From a virus (taxonomy: Duplodnaviria; Caudoviricetes), in the IMG/VR virus record IMGVR_UViG_3300023440_000007, positions 1 through 61,254 of that record: DNA of 61,254 bases; one strand, given 5' to 3'. The notes beneath the pieces were generated by a model. That model saw nothing but the letters and a program-made list of their open reading frames with translations, made no database searches and was not told where the DNA came from. The translations under genes and the position numbers were made by a program. Position 1 is the first letter of the stretch. Each line of letters starts with the position of its first letter. This document shows positions 35,378 to 44,549 of the stretch, piece by piece.

Positions 35378-36882
35378 TGATATCTAAAAAGGCAGTGCAC
35401 GTCTTTCTAAATAGAAAGCTCAGAGAGTTTGATTGGATCAATGATCTCTCAGATAGAGAGATAGACAGAGTCTGTGATAATCTAGGCTATGAGTTTACTA
35501 CTCAGCCGTTCAGACATCAAAAAATCTGCTTCCTGATCGGAGTTTTTGAGAGCAAGTTCATGTTCTTTTTGGACATGGGCTTGGGTAAGACCAAGATAAT
35601 CTTGGACATACTGAATTATCACAGGAATTATTCTCGTAAAGCGCGTAGGGCCTTGATTGTCGTTCCCAATGAGTCCATAATGAATACGTGGGAAACGGAG
35701 AATAGGCTGCATGCTCCTGATCTGAATATAGTCATATTGAACGGCGAGACGAAACAGCGTCGCAGGAAGATAGAGACTATAGATGCTGATGGATTCGTAA
35801 TCCATTATCCAGGCATGATGCATCTATGTACAACTATAGCTAAAAGGAAGCGTAGGATAGATCCTGAAAAGCTCTTATTCATGAAGAGTAAGTTTGACTT
35901 CATAGTGGCTGATGAATCTCATTCAATAGCAAACTGGTCTTCTATGCAGACCAAGTGTTTCACTGCCATAGCGTCTTCATGCAAGTTCAGATACGGCTTG
36001 ACAGGTACTCCATTCGGTAGAGACCCTATGCGTATCTGGGCTCAATTCAAGGCCATAGACGGCGGCGAGACTCTAGGTAATACGCTCGGACTATTCAGAG
36101 AAGCATTCTTCACTAAGCACCAAAATTACTGGGGAGGGTATGAATACAAATTAAGGAAAAGAAGGGAGGGGATACTACACAGAACTCTGAAGAACAGGTC
36201 TATAAGATATTGCATAGAAGACTGCATTCGTATGCCAGACAGGTCTTTTATCTCTATTCCTATCCCATTTCCAAAGAGAAACAGAGAAATCTATCTTGAG
36301 CATGTCAATAAGTTCAATAGTTCCAACAGGAACGAAAAGACAGAATCCTTCATTAAGATCAGAGAAGTCTTATCTGGATTCGTCATTCATGATGGGAAGA
36401 CTATAAGGCTTCCACAAAACCCGAAGCTTGATACTCTACTGGAACTCATAGAAGATATTCCTGAGGACAGGAAGATTGTTGTTTTTCACGAGTTCAACTA
36501 CAGCGGGCAAGTCATAGAGCAGGCTCTAAAGGGCAAAGACATATCTTGTGTCAGGCTCTATGGCGGCACAAAAGATAAGATGGAAGTAGTGAGAGAGTTT
36601 ACTGGGGGAGAAAAGTATAGAGTCCTGATAACCAACTCCGCTACCGGCGGTCAGGGAATAAACCTTCATATAGCGAATTACCAGATATTCTACGAATGTC
36701 CTGTTTCTCCAATCGTAAGGACTCAGGCAGAGAATAGATGTTATAGACCAAACCAGGAAAGGAAGGTGTTTGTGTATGATCTCGTAATCAATAATTCTAT
36801 AGATACCAAAATTCTAGGATTCGTAAAAGAAGGGAAAGACCTCCTAAAAGCCATTATAGATGGGAAAGAGACCATAGATTGA
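35377..36882 (+). CDS. SNF2-family SF2 helicase
   Basis: DMGLGKT, DESH, LTGTP, GQGINL, QAENRCYR. Confidence 0.92.
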   Translation: MISKKAVHVFLNRKLREFDWINDLSDREIDRVCDNLGYEFTTQPFRHQKICFLIGVFESKFMFFLDMGLGKTKIILDILNYHRNYSRKARRALIVVPNESIMNTWETENRLHAPDLNIVILNGETKQRRRKIETIDADGFVIHYPGMMHLCTTIAKRKRRIDPEKLLFMKSKFDFIVADESHSIANWSSMQTKCFTAIASSCKFRYGLTGTPFGRDPMRIWAQFKAIDGGETLGNTLGLFREAFFTKHQNYWGGYEYKLRKRREGILHRTLKNRSIRYCIEDCIRMPDRSFISIPIPFPKRNREIYLEHVNKFNSSNRNEKTESFIKIREVLSGFVIHDGKTIRLPQNPKLDTLLELIEDIPEDRKIVVFHEFNYSGQVIEQALKGKDISCVRLYGGTKDKMEVVREFTGGEKYRVLITNSATGGQGINLHIANYQIFYECPVSPIVRTQAENRCYRPNQERKVFVYDLVINNSIDTKILGFVKEGKDLLKAIIDGKETID

Positions 36883-37928
36883 TGGAAACCTTTGATTGGA
36901 GGTCATTCCTGGAGCTACACGGGATTCCTTATATAGAATCAGGCAAGAACGTAGCTTCTGGGAACATAAATATAAAATGTCCCTTCTGTAGGGATGATGA
37001 TCCTTCAGAACATATGGGCATAAATATAGAGAATGGGTACTGGGGATGTTGGAGAGATGATACTCATAGAGGAAAGGCTCCCCATAGATTGATAGCTCAG
37101 CTCCTAGGGTATACTCGCAGACAGGTTTTGGAGCTGTTAGGGCAATTTAGAACATTGCCAGATGATGAGGACATGATCAATGCGATAAGAGCCATTTCCA
37201 ATGAAAATAGAGGTGAAGATAGAAGCATTGCAAGAAACAAGCTGTCTATGCCGAAGACGTTTTGGAGATATTCTGAAATACCGTCTGAGGCTATGAAAGA
37301 ACAATTCAAAAGATATTTGATAGGCAGGGGCTTCAAGCACAATAGGATAGAGAGGGTATGTAATCAATATGATATAAGGTTTTGTATTTCTGATCCATTG
37401 AAGAATAGAATAATATTCCCAATAACCAAGAACAATTCTCTATATACCTGGACTAGCAGATCTATAGGAAGCAGAGGTCCTAAATACAAGACCTTATCCC
37501 ACAAGAGCAGGACAGTCATAGCAGGAAGATATTATACTGCGGTAGGAAGCATAAAAGACTGTGTGTATAGATATGATCATGTGATTAGAAACAATGCTGA
37601 ATTCGTATTCATATGCGAAGGAGTGTTTGATGCTATCAAGTTCAATTATCTCGCAGATAGGGTAGGCTTGAGCGATACGTTCACTGCTGTCTGTGTTTTT
37701 GGAAAAGTGACTTCTACTGAGCAAGAGTTCATGTTAATGCGTCTGCAAAGACAGGGAAGGAAACTTATACTCTTGCTGGATGAAAATACAACTCATGATG
37801 CTCTCAGAATATGCAGCAGATTTGGCAGAGATCCTGTATCTATTTTGACTTTGCCAGAAGACATAAAAGATCCTGGGAGTCTCACGAAGAGGTCATTCAT
37901 TAAACTCATTGGAAGCATGAACAGGTGA
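36879..37928 (+). CDS. DNA primase (Zn finger + TOPRIM)
   Basis: CPFC..., RIIFPI, ICEGVFDA, KDPG. Confidence 0.88.
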   Translation: MMETFDWRSFLELHGIPYIESGKNVASGNINIKCPFCRDDDPSEHMGINIENGYWGCWRDDTHRGKAPHRLIAQLLGYTRRQVLELLGQFRTLPDDEDMINAIRAISNENRGEDRSIARNKLSMPKTFWRYSEIPSEAMKEQFKRYLIGRGFKHNRIERVCNQYDIRFCISDPLKNRIIFPITKNNSLYTWTSRSIGSRGPKYKTLSHKSRTVIAGRYYTAVGSIKDCVYRYDHVIRNNAEFVFICEGVFDAIKFNYLADRVGLSDTFTAVCVFGKVTSTEQEFMLMRLQRQGRKLILLLDENTTHDALRICSRFGRDPVSILTLPEDIKDPGSLTKRSFIKLIGSMNR

Positions 37929-37931
37929 ATC

Positions 37932-38168
37932 ATGGAAAAGTCGGAGCTTCATTTACAGAGGGCTAGGAAGAATGCAGGAAAGAAATCCAAGCTGCGACAG
38001 CCAGAGATGCTGGTCTCTGTAATTGGATTTGACAGTCCCGGTATGATATTCAGGACGTGCCAATTCTTTCCAGGAGAAATTTATGAAGGTAAGTGCGGCA
38101 AGCCTGCTAAGAGGGGATCTCCATACTGTCAAGAACACTATGAAATCTGCTACAAGCCGATAGAATGA
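37932..38168 (+). CDS. GcrA C-terminal-domain-like protein
   Basis: TCQFFPGE....KCG.....GSPYCQEH...CY matches the Cys/His pattern of the GcrA C-terminal domain. Confidence 0.7.
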   Translation: MEKSELHLQRARKNAGKKSKLRQPEMLVSVIGFDSPGMIFRTCQFFPGEIYEGKCGKPAKRGSPYCQEHYEICYKPIE

Positions 38169-38413
38169 TGATAAGATCTTTTCGTAGTAGAGTACTGGAA
38201 GAGTTTGGAAATGAATGGGACATAGAAATAATAGATGGAATAGATCATGATCTTGATTCTGCTCTGTGGATATATCTCCGTATGAAGAAGTCAGCTACGA
38301 AATCTGTGTGGAATGCAGAGAATAGAAATGGAATAAGAACAAGGATATTTGAAATAGCGAAAGAATATGGGATCATAGATGACAGCATGATATACATAAG
38401 GTTCAGGAAATGA
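38165..38413 (+). CDS. Hypothetical protein
   Basis: 82 aa, ATGA overlap. Confidence 0.65.
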   Translation: MMIRSFRSRVLEEFGNEWDIEIIDGIDHDLDSALWIYLRMKKSATKSVWNAENRNGIRTRIFEIAKEYGIIDDSMIYIRFRK

Positions 38414-38634
38414 CTCTCTTAGAGAAGATAGTACATGCAGCGAAAATTTCTTCACTAATTATTGGGATATTTACTATATGCGTATTGATGATACTTTTCA
38501 TCATATTTGGCATAAATATGGCTTTGCGTCCAGAGTATTCCATATTTGATGTTCTTGAGGGGATATCTATAGTCATAGCTTCGGCTTTTATAGGGATATT
38601 CTCCATAGTCATTATGGTTGAATGTATAGAGTGA
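38410..38634 (+). CDS. Two-TM membrane protein
   Basis: Two long hydrophobic segments. Confidence 0.65.
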   Translation: MTLLEKIVHAAKISSLIIGIFTICVLMILFIIFGINMALRPEYSIFDVLEGISIVIASAFIGIFSIVIMVECIE

Positions 38635-38681
38635 TTCCAAGTCTGTCTTCAAAGGACTCACAAAGAACAGGTATAAGCCTA

Positions 38682-38832
38682 TTGTCTACAGCGGCGTGGA
38701 AAGTCGCAGACACGCTAGGGAAGTCTCTATGATCCTATCGCTCGTGAACCCGACGTGCCAGATAGGGGAGAGACTAGGACGTTCGATTCGTCCGATATCG
38801 GGCAGCCGGAGTAGCGCTCGGCCTGTAGACAA
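38682..38832 (+). ncRNA. tRNA-like RNA, unit 1
   Basis: Closing GTCTACAG/CTGTAGAC; GCGTG-GAAAGTCGCAGA-CACGC; GCCGG-AGTAGCGC-TCGGC. Confidence 0.7.
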
Positions 38833-38926
38833 GATTTGGGTCCACGGGGGTGCATGAGACGTATTGGATCATGCATATTTCCACGCCCAATGTCAGTCTG
38901 AAGCCGTGGGTAGGACTGGCGCTTAT

Positions 38927-39042
38927 GGACGCGGCGGCATGGAAAGTCGCAGACATGCGGGCAGTGGCGATGGGATGGTAAACCATGAGTTCTGACGCCT
39001 ATAGCCTCCATAGTCGGAGTAGCGCCCGACCCGCGTCCGCTA
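38927..39042 (+). ncRNA. tRNA-like RNA, unit 2
   Basis: Closing GGACGCGG/CCGCGTCC; GCATG-GAAAGTCGCAGA-CATGC; GTCGG-AGTAGCGC-CCGAC. Confidence 0.7.
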
Positions 39043-39266
39043 GCCATTAGATTTAATGCCTAGATGTGGCCCGCAGAAACGCATACGATAACGGCGCGTC
39101 GATGGGAAGCCCGTATGCGGTTTCCAGCGCCATGAGCTGACCCAAAGCTGCGGATAGGGTCGGCATCTATGGATGTGACAGCGATCTGAGTTACGACTGG
39201 TTCTGTTCTCAGGATCAGTTGCAGTCTTTGAATTTACGTTATCTGGATAACTACATGTATTCCTGT

Positions 39267-39507
39267 GGACGCAGCGGTGCAGAAGTCGCAGATGCACAAG
39301 CCCACGAGGTCATGCCATTAGGTATGAAAGGGACAGTGGCGCAAGCTCAAGGAAGGGAGTGACCGGAGTACCGGAAGTGGCTTTAGGGTCCCGGCCCACG
39401 CCTCGCCGAAGAATATCCTTCCTGATACGGCAGAGGGTAAGAATCCGAGATGAGTGTGGAGCCGAAGCGCCATGAGAGCAGGAGTAGCGTCCTGCCTGCG
39501 TCCGCCA
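39267..39507 (+). ncRNA. tRNA-like RNA, unit 3 (ends GCCA)
   Basis: Closing GGACGCAG/CTGCGTCC + GCCA; GTGCA-GAAGTCGCAGA-TGCAC; GCAGG-AGTAGCGT-CCTGC. Confidence 0.7.
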
Positions 39508-39512
39508 TATTC

Positions 39513-39660
39513 AGGCCCGTAGTTCAAAACGCTTAATAGAAGATCACTGTATTCTATAATGGGAAAGTGCAGATTTTGCGGTAAAGAATACGTAGGAAGT
39601 CTGCACTATGATTAATGAAATAACTACAATGTTGCAGGTTCGAGTCCTGCTGGGCCTGCC
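39513..39660 (+). ncRNA. tRNA-like RNA with canonical T arm and an enlarged central region
   Basis: AGGCCCG/TGGGCCT acceptor, TAGTTCAA start, GCAGG-TTCGAGT-CCTGC; internal stem AGTGCAGA/TCTGCACT. Confidence 0.6.
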
Positions 39661-39702
39661 GTCTTCACCAAAACGTGTAACTATGCAGTATATGAACGTA
39701 TC

Positions 39703-40116
39703 GTGAACTTAACGGAGCTATACACGATGTTTGTAGAATGTGAATACAAGAGGGAAAACAACAAGAATACAGGGATCCGCATCTGCGTATACAGGGTAGG
39801 AAGGAACGAAAGTCCTAGATTCGCCTTTCACATCATGGTAACAAAAGACCTCCTGAAAAAGGCGAACATTCCTGAAGACTCCAAACTTTCCCTGCTTTAT
39901 GGGATTGAAGAGGATTCTGGGAAAGTACTGATCCGTAGAGCGACCGATGGAAGAAAATTCACCTCCATGCGCTCCAAAACCCAGCTTAAAGTCCTAACGA
40001 CTCATCTGCCCTCTTGGCTTAAGAGGGATGTCGTAAAGCCCCAGAATGCCGATTTCTCCTTTGGGGACGGAGAGATCCTGTTTGAAGTTCCGAAAGAGTT
40101 CCGAGTAGATATTTGA
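39703..40116 (+). CDS. Hypothetical protein
   Basis: 137 aa ORF; start uncertain. Confidence 0.65.
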   Translation: MNLTELYTMFVECEYKRENNKNTGIRICVYRVGRNESPRFAFHIMVTKDLLKKANIPEDSKLSLLYGIEEDSGKVLIRRATDGRKFTSMRSKTQLKVLTTHLPSWLKRDVVKPQNADFSFGDGEILFEVPKEFRVDI

Positions 40117-40117
40117 C

Positions 40118-40155
40118 AATAAAAGGCCGAATTCCAATGATTCGGCCTTTTATTT
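40118..40155. terminator. Bidirectional intrinsic terminator
   Basis: AATAAAAGGCCGAAT...ATTCGGCCTTTTATT. Confidence 0.85.
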
Positions 40156-40156
40156 C

Positions 40157-40330
40157 CTACCTTGAAGTCCAGAGCTTATTAGCTCTGTCTATCTCCTGGA
40201 GAATTCTGTCCCACTGTTCCTTCGGGACTTTTCCACTTTCGCTGGCTGTCCGTATGACTTGCGCTAGATCAAGTCCAGTTGAAGCAAGTTCTGCTAAGGC
40301 CAAGCCTAACTGTATAGCTGCTGAACTCAT
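40157..40330 (-). CDS. 57-aa protein (below the ORF-track cutoff)
   Basis: MSSAAIQLGLALAELASTGLDLAQVIR...; ATGA overlap with the lipoprotein gene. Confidence 0.65.
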   Translation of the reverse strand: MSSAAIQLGLALAELASTGLDLAQVIRTASESGKVPKEQWDRILQEIDRANKLWTSR

Positions 40331-40629
40331 TTCCTGACTTCCTTCTCAACTATGAGCATTTTGCTCAATTCAGCTCTCACGGTATCCAAAGAGGATCTTA
40401 AGTCGTATACTTCACCGCTAGCGGCAGTCTGACAGATGGGATTGATTATTGCTCTTGCCTCATCTACTGTCTTTATCTGTTCCTGTGTCATCTTGTCCTT
40501 GTATGTCGCTAGGATGGTCAGTGTTGAAGCATATCCTCTACAGGCTATGGCCATCTCCTGATCAACGGTCAGAGAGGCGCATGAAGCTATAAGAAGAGGC
40601 AGAGCTATTACGAAAGTTTTCAGTTTCAT
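40327..40629 (-). CDS. Lipoprotein
   Basis: MKLKTFVIALPLLIAS|C lipobox; ATG at 40629 after GGAG. Confidence 0.75.
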   Translation of the reverse strand: MKLKTFVIALPLLIASCASLTVDQEMAIACRGYASTLTILATYKDKMTQEQIKTVDEARAIINPICQTAASGEVYDLRSSLDTVRAELSKMLIVEKEVRK

Positions 40630-40690
40630 AGGGACAGTCTCCATGTAGTATTCGGGTGAAGTATACCACTTAATAGGGAGATGGAAACGA

Positions 40691-41245
40691 ATGTCAGTTA
40701 TGTCAGACACATGGATAAAAGACATGGTTATTAAGCACGATATGATCACGCCATTCATTGACCATCTTGTTAAAGATGGCTGTATATCGTATGGATTATC
40801 ATCGTATGGATATGATGTAAGAGTATCAAATCACTTCAAAATCTTCACTGACGTTGATTCTGTAATCGTCGATCCAAAAAAGTTTTCCGATAAGAGTTTC
40901 GTGAATAGGACATTGGAGGAGTGTATAATTCCTCCAAACAGCTTCGTCTTAGCGACTACGGTAGAATGGTTCAAGATACCGAGAGATGTGATGGCATTCT
41001 GCGTGGGCAAGTCTACATACGCAAGAATAGGCATCTCTGTCGGCTGTACCCCATTAGAGCCCGAATGGTCAGGACAGATAACTCTGGAATTGGCTAATAC
41101 CACACCGATTCCAGCAAAGGTCTATGCCAATGAGGGGATCGCACAAGTTATCTTCTTTAAGGCTGACAAGGAATGTTCTGTGTCCTATAAGGATCGTAAA
41201 GGGAAGTACATGAACCAGATAGGAGTAACTCCAGCAAAGATATAG
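40691..41245 (+). CDS. dcd: dCTP deaminase
   Basis: [43 protein letters not shown]. Confidence 0.95.
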   Translation: MSVMSDTWIKDMVIKHDMITPFIDHLVKDGCISYGLSSYGYDVRVSNHFKIFTDVDSVIVDPKKFSDKSFVNRTLEECIIPPNSFVLATTVEWFKIPRDVMAFCVGKSTYARIGISVGCTPLEPEWSGQITLELANTTPIPAKVYANEGIAQVIFFKADKECSVSYKDRKGKYMNQIGVTPAKI

Positions 41246-41249
41246 GACG

Positions 41250-41531
41250 ATGCTGAACCCAAAATCAAAGACCGTAGTTGTTCATGTTAAGGACAATCAT
41301 CCAGATGCCGTCTACATAGGCAGAGGCAGCAAATGGGGAAATCCTTTCAGGATAGGAAAGGATGGAACTAGGATGGAAGTCATAAGAAAGTATGAATTAT
41401 GGATAAGAACTCAGCCTCACCTCCTGTCAAGCGTGTGTGAATTGAAGGGGAAGAAACTGGCCTGTTTCTGCGCTCCAAAGCCTTGTCACGGGGACGTTCT
41501 GATAAAGCTCATAGAGGAGCAGGGAATATGA
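41250..41531 (+). CDS. DUF4326 family protein
   Basis: YIGRGSKWGNPF...LKGK.LACFCAP..CHGDVL. Confidence 0.9.
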   Translation: MLNPKSKTVVVHVKDNHPDAVYIGRGSKWGNPFRIGKDGTRMEVIRKYELWIRTQPHLLSSVCELKGKKLACFCAPKPCHGDVLIKLIEEQGI

Positions 41532-41603
41532 AATAGATTCAAAAATGATTTGCTTATCAAGGCCGGTTATGTAATGGTAATGGCCTTCTTAGAGGGGAGA
41601 ACG

Positions 41604-42158
41604 ATGATGCAAATCGAATGGAATGGAGCTATAGAGAACTGGACTAAGAAGTTTATAAGCAAGAACCTATGGAGATTCGAGGGATCATATGAGTTTGATG
41701 ACCTAATGCAGGACTGCTTTATAAAATTCATGTTCTGCAGAGACAAATACAAAGATACTGCTGAAAACATGGCTCATTTCATGAGCCTATACAAAAGAGC
41801 GGTAGTAAATCATTTTCATGACAAGGCTAATGAGACTACCAATCATAGACATTCTGATATAGAGGAAGTGCAAAACTATGCGGCTTCCTCTATATGTTTT
41901 AACAATCTAGGATTCTTGTTGGTTCTTATAAAAGAAGCGCCCAAAGAGGTACAAACAGTTATAGAGACAATGATATTGGAAGGGAACAGCGGTAAGCTGA
42001 GGAGACCATTCAGGAAAACGTATGGGAAGCGTTCCAAGATCTCTGGGAAGATCGTGCGCATAAGAGAGACAACCGACGAGTTCCTGTCTAGGGTCATGGA
42101 CATCCCAGAGCTTGAAGAGAATTTAAGAGAGAGGGTAAGAGAGTATCTATTGAAATGA
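41604..42158 (+). CDS. Sigma-factor-like protein (region 2)
   Basis: YEFDDLMQDCFIKF...F...YKRAVVNHFHD resembles sigma region 2. Confidence 0.55.
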   Translation: MMQIEWNGAIENWTKKFISKNLWRFEGSYEFDDLMQDCFIKFMFCRDKYKDTAENMAHFMSLYKRAVVNHFHDKANETTNHRHSDIEEVQNYAASSICFNNLGFLLVLIKEAPKEVQTVIETMILEGNSGKLRRPFRKTYGKRSKISGKIVRIRETTDEFLSRVMDIPELEENLRERVREYLLK

Positions 42159-42697
42159 GACATAGCCTAGCCTTTGTCAGCAAAGTCGAGCGCGATATCA
42201 CTCGTGCTACTGGGATAAGAAGGGCTCCTTCATATAAAAACTTGTTCAGATGGAGAGTGGCCCTGCTAGAAGCTGTCGCTGAATTGCCTGAGAAAGAGTG
42301 GCGGCTTCTCTCTGAAGACACGAAGAAATGGTATGTTGAAGCATGTCAAGCTCTTAAGAATAAGCAGAAGCTTCCACCGTTTCCAGATGAAGATGAAATA
42401 GAGATCAAAAGAAGACAAGCATATGGAAGCGCATATGAAAAGAAGCACAAGAACTTTAAGATAAACTACAAGGGAGCAGGATATAGGGCAAAGGAGATAA
42501 TGATAAAAGAGGGTATGTATTTTCCTCTTATGAAACTTCATAAGAGGCTTCAAGAAGAGGGATACATATACTCTCCTAGGACTCTGCAGATCGTTATTGC
42601 GGAGTTTAGATCAGCGGTTAGAGTCCTACAAGATCATGGACTTCTTAAGTGTGAACTGAATTGGGACAGAAGGAAAAAACATGAAGAGCAAGATTGA
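42155..42697 (+). CDS. Hypothetical protein; N-terminal motif paralogous to 42681..43400
   Basis: AVAELPEKEWRLLSEDTKKW vs AAASLSDDDWEQLSSPAQEW. Confidence 0.75.
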   Translation: MRHSLAFVSKVERDITRATGIRRAPSYKNLFRWRVALLEAVAELPEKEWRLLSEDTKKWYVEACQALKNKQKLPPFPDEDEIEIKRRQAYGSAYEKKHKNFKINYKGAGYRAKEIMIKEGMYFPLMKLHKRLQEEGYIYSPRTLQIVIAEFRSAVRVLQDHGLLKCELNWDRRKKHEEQD

Positions 42698-43400
42698 AGA
42701 GGAGCTTATGAAGGCTACCGCTACCTCTCCTGATGAAAATGAAGACAGGGAAGCGTGGTTGGAACGTCTCACTGTCGCTGCTGCTTCTCTTTCTGACGAT
42801 GACTGGGAACAGCTGTCTTCCCCTGCTCAGGAGTGGGTAAACATCAACGTAGACATCCTCACAGACTATGAAAACAATGATAAGCATCTGAATGACTTCA
42901 ATGACATTGAAGCTGAAGATGGAGAGCTCAGTGAGGAAGTAGAACAGAACGAAGAGGACACAGAGGAGAAAGACATGGTGGAGTTCAATAGGTTCGAAGA
43001 AGACGCGTTCAAGGGTAAAAAGCGTAAGAAGACTAAGAAAGAGAATGAAACGGCAGTAGAGGAAGCCAAGGTGGAGGCTGAGGAAGCTGCCGAGGAAGAG
43101 GCTGAGGAAGAGCCCTCTGTCGAGGAAATCGTTGAGGAGGTTGAGACTTCCAAGAAGATCAAGAAGAAAAAGGTGAAGTACACTAACGTTATCGAGATGG
43201 ATAACGTTATCAAGGTCAATGTCAAGGAAAATCCCAAGAGACAGGGAACCAAAGCGTACAAGAAGTTTGCGCTTATCAAAGACGGCATGACCGTGAAGGA
43301 GTTCTGTGAACTTGCTGATAAGCATGAAGAGTTCGGCAAGAAGTGGGGAATCAGAGAGCTCAGGTGGTGTCTGGCTCGTGGCTACATCGAGCTCAAATAG
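42681..43400 (+). CDS. Acidic protein with a C-terminal putative DNA-binding domain
   Basis: Glu-rich linker; NPKRQGTKAYKKF....GMTVKEF....LRWCLARGYIEL. Confidence 0.8.
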   Translation: MKSKIEEELMKATATSPDENEDREAWLERLTVAAASLSDDDWEQLSSPAQEWVNINVDILTDYENNDKHLNDFNDIEAEDGELSEEVEQNEEDTEEKDMVEFNRFEEDAFKGKKRKKTKKENETAVEEAKVEAEEAAEEEAEEEPSVEEIVEEVETSKKIKKKKVKYTNVIEMDNVIKVNVKENPKRQGTKAYKKFALIKDGMTVKEFCELADKHEEFGKKWGIRELRWCLARGYIELK

Positions 43401-43465
43401 GTCTGTATGAAGTAGGGTCTCCGTGCAGCTATCAACTGCACGGAGACTTTTTATAGGAGACACTG

Positions 43466-43633
43466 ATGGAAAACAGGAATCCTATGGAGTGGCTTGAATC
43501 CATTCCTTCGTTTTGGTTAGGCAGAGCAGAGGCTAGGCTTCAGATCGCTGAAAAAGCAGTAGGAGATGAAAAGCTTAGGCACTTGAGCGTCGCTGCTGAG
43601 TACGAAAGAATCGCCAAACAGAGAAGCACATGA
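43466..43633 (+). CDS. 55-aa hypothetical protein
   Basis: AGGAG RBS; MENRNPMEWLESIPSFWLGRAEARL... Confidence 0.55.
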   Translation: MENRNPMEWLESIPSFWLGRAEARLQIAEKAVGDEKLRHLSVAAEYERIAKQRST

Positions 43634-43634
43634 T

Positions 43635-44549
43635 ATGGGAGATTTAGGGGAACTGTGGTATGGCTTGGATGCGAACCAAGTCGTAAACTTCTTCTCCTTT
43701 ATAAGAGAAAGAGAGAACATACGCTTAAGAAGGCTTCGTAGACAGCCTTATCCATGGACAGAAGATCCAATCCTCTGTTCTTACAGGTTTACGAATGTAA
43801 AGAGGAAGCATGACAAGACTACGCAATGGGCTATAAAGAACTGGTATGAGCCAAATAAAGAAAATGAGAATTTAGGAGCGCAGTTCTTCAATTGCGCTGT
43901 GTTCAGATACTTTGGAACTATAGAGTTCGCAAAAAGATATGGCTGGAGCGAGAGCTTCTATCCCCAAAAAGCCATAAAAGTTGTAGAACAGCTCAGAGCA
44001 GAAGGAAAGCCTGCTTTCACAAGCGCTTATGTAATAACGAACTCTGGGATAAAGGCTCCAAAAGAGGAAGTTGTAGCCAACAACTTCCTAATGCCCCTCT
44101 TTGTCAAGAGGGAGGAAGTTGTCGAGATAGCCCAAGATACCAAGTCTTGGAAAGCCGTGTTTGAATACCTAAAAGAGTTTGAAGGATTTGGAGGTACTGG
44201 CTTCATGGCCAAAGAAGTACTCCAAGACACTATGTTCACTGCCGTATTGCAAGACTGTATAGATGCTGATACATGGTCCCCATGCGGACCAGGAGCTACT
44301 CGCGGCATAGAAATTCTTTTAGGAGAGCACGACTTTAATGCAGATGCGAAAAAGAGGATCAAGGGACTCACAGAATCTAAGAAGCTTTCGATAATGAAGT
44401 ATCTTAGGATGCTGTCCCTACACGGATTTTGGCCTAAGAGATGGGAGCCTCTCACTGTCCATGATATTCAATTTTCATTGTGTGAGTTTGCGAAGTATAT
44501 GCGGATTAAGAATGGGTGTAGAGCAAAGAGAAAATACCATCCAACATGA
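43635..44549 (+). CDS. aGPT-Pplase1 / 5-hmdU DNA kinase helical-domain family protein (thymidine hypermodification)
   Basis: F..ERE.IR..R....PWTEDPIL..YRFTNV.R..D; GFMAKEV..D; GPGA.RG; IQFSLCEF.KY. Confidence 0.85.
   Translation: MGDLGELWYGLDANQVVNFFSFIRERENIRLRRLRRQPYPWTEDPILCSYRFTNVKRKHDKTTQWAIKNWYEPNKENENLGAQFFNCAVFRYFGTIEFAKRYGWSESFYPQKAIKVVEQLRAEGKPAFTSAYVITNSGIKAPKEEVVANNFLMPLFVKREEVVEIAQDTKSWKAVFEYLKEFEGFGGTGFMAKEVLQDTMFTAVLQDCIDADTWSPCGPGATRGIEILLGEHDFNADAKKRIKGLTESKKLSIMKYLRMLSLHGFWPKRWEPLTVHDIQFSLCEFAKYMRIKNGCRAKRKYHPT

Noticed and set aside
39267-39507. tmRNA or RNase P identity for the larger structured RNAs
   Set aside because: No tmRNA GGGG...TTCGA..CCACCA ends or tag frame recognised, and no GAGGAAAGTCC RNase P signature.
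42645-43463. 272-aa and 157-aa minus-strand ORFs
   Set aside because: Antisense to the Glu-rich gene 42681..43400; the Leu/Phe/Ser-rich composition is the expected mirror.
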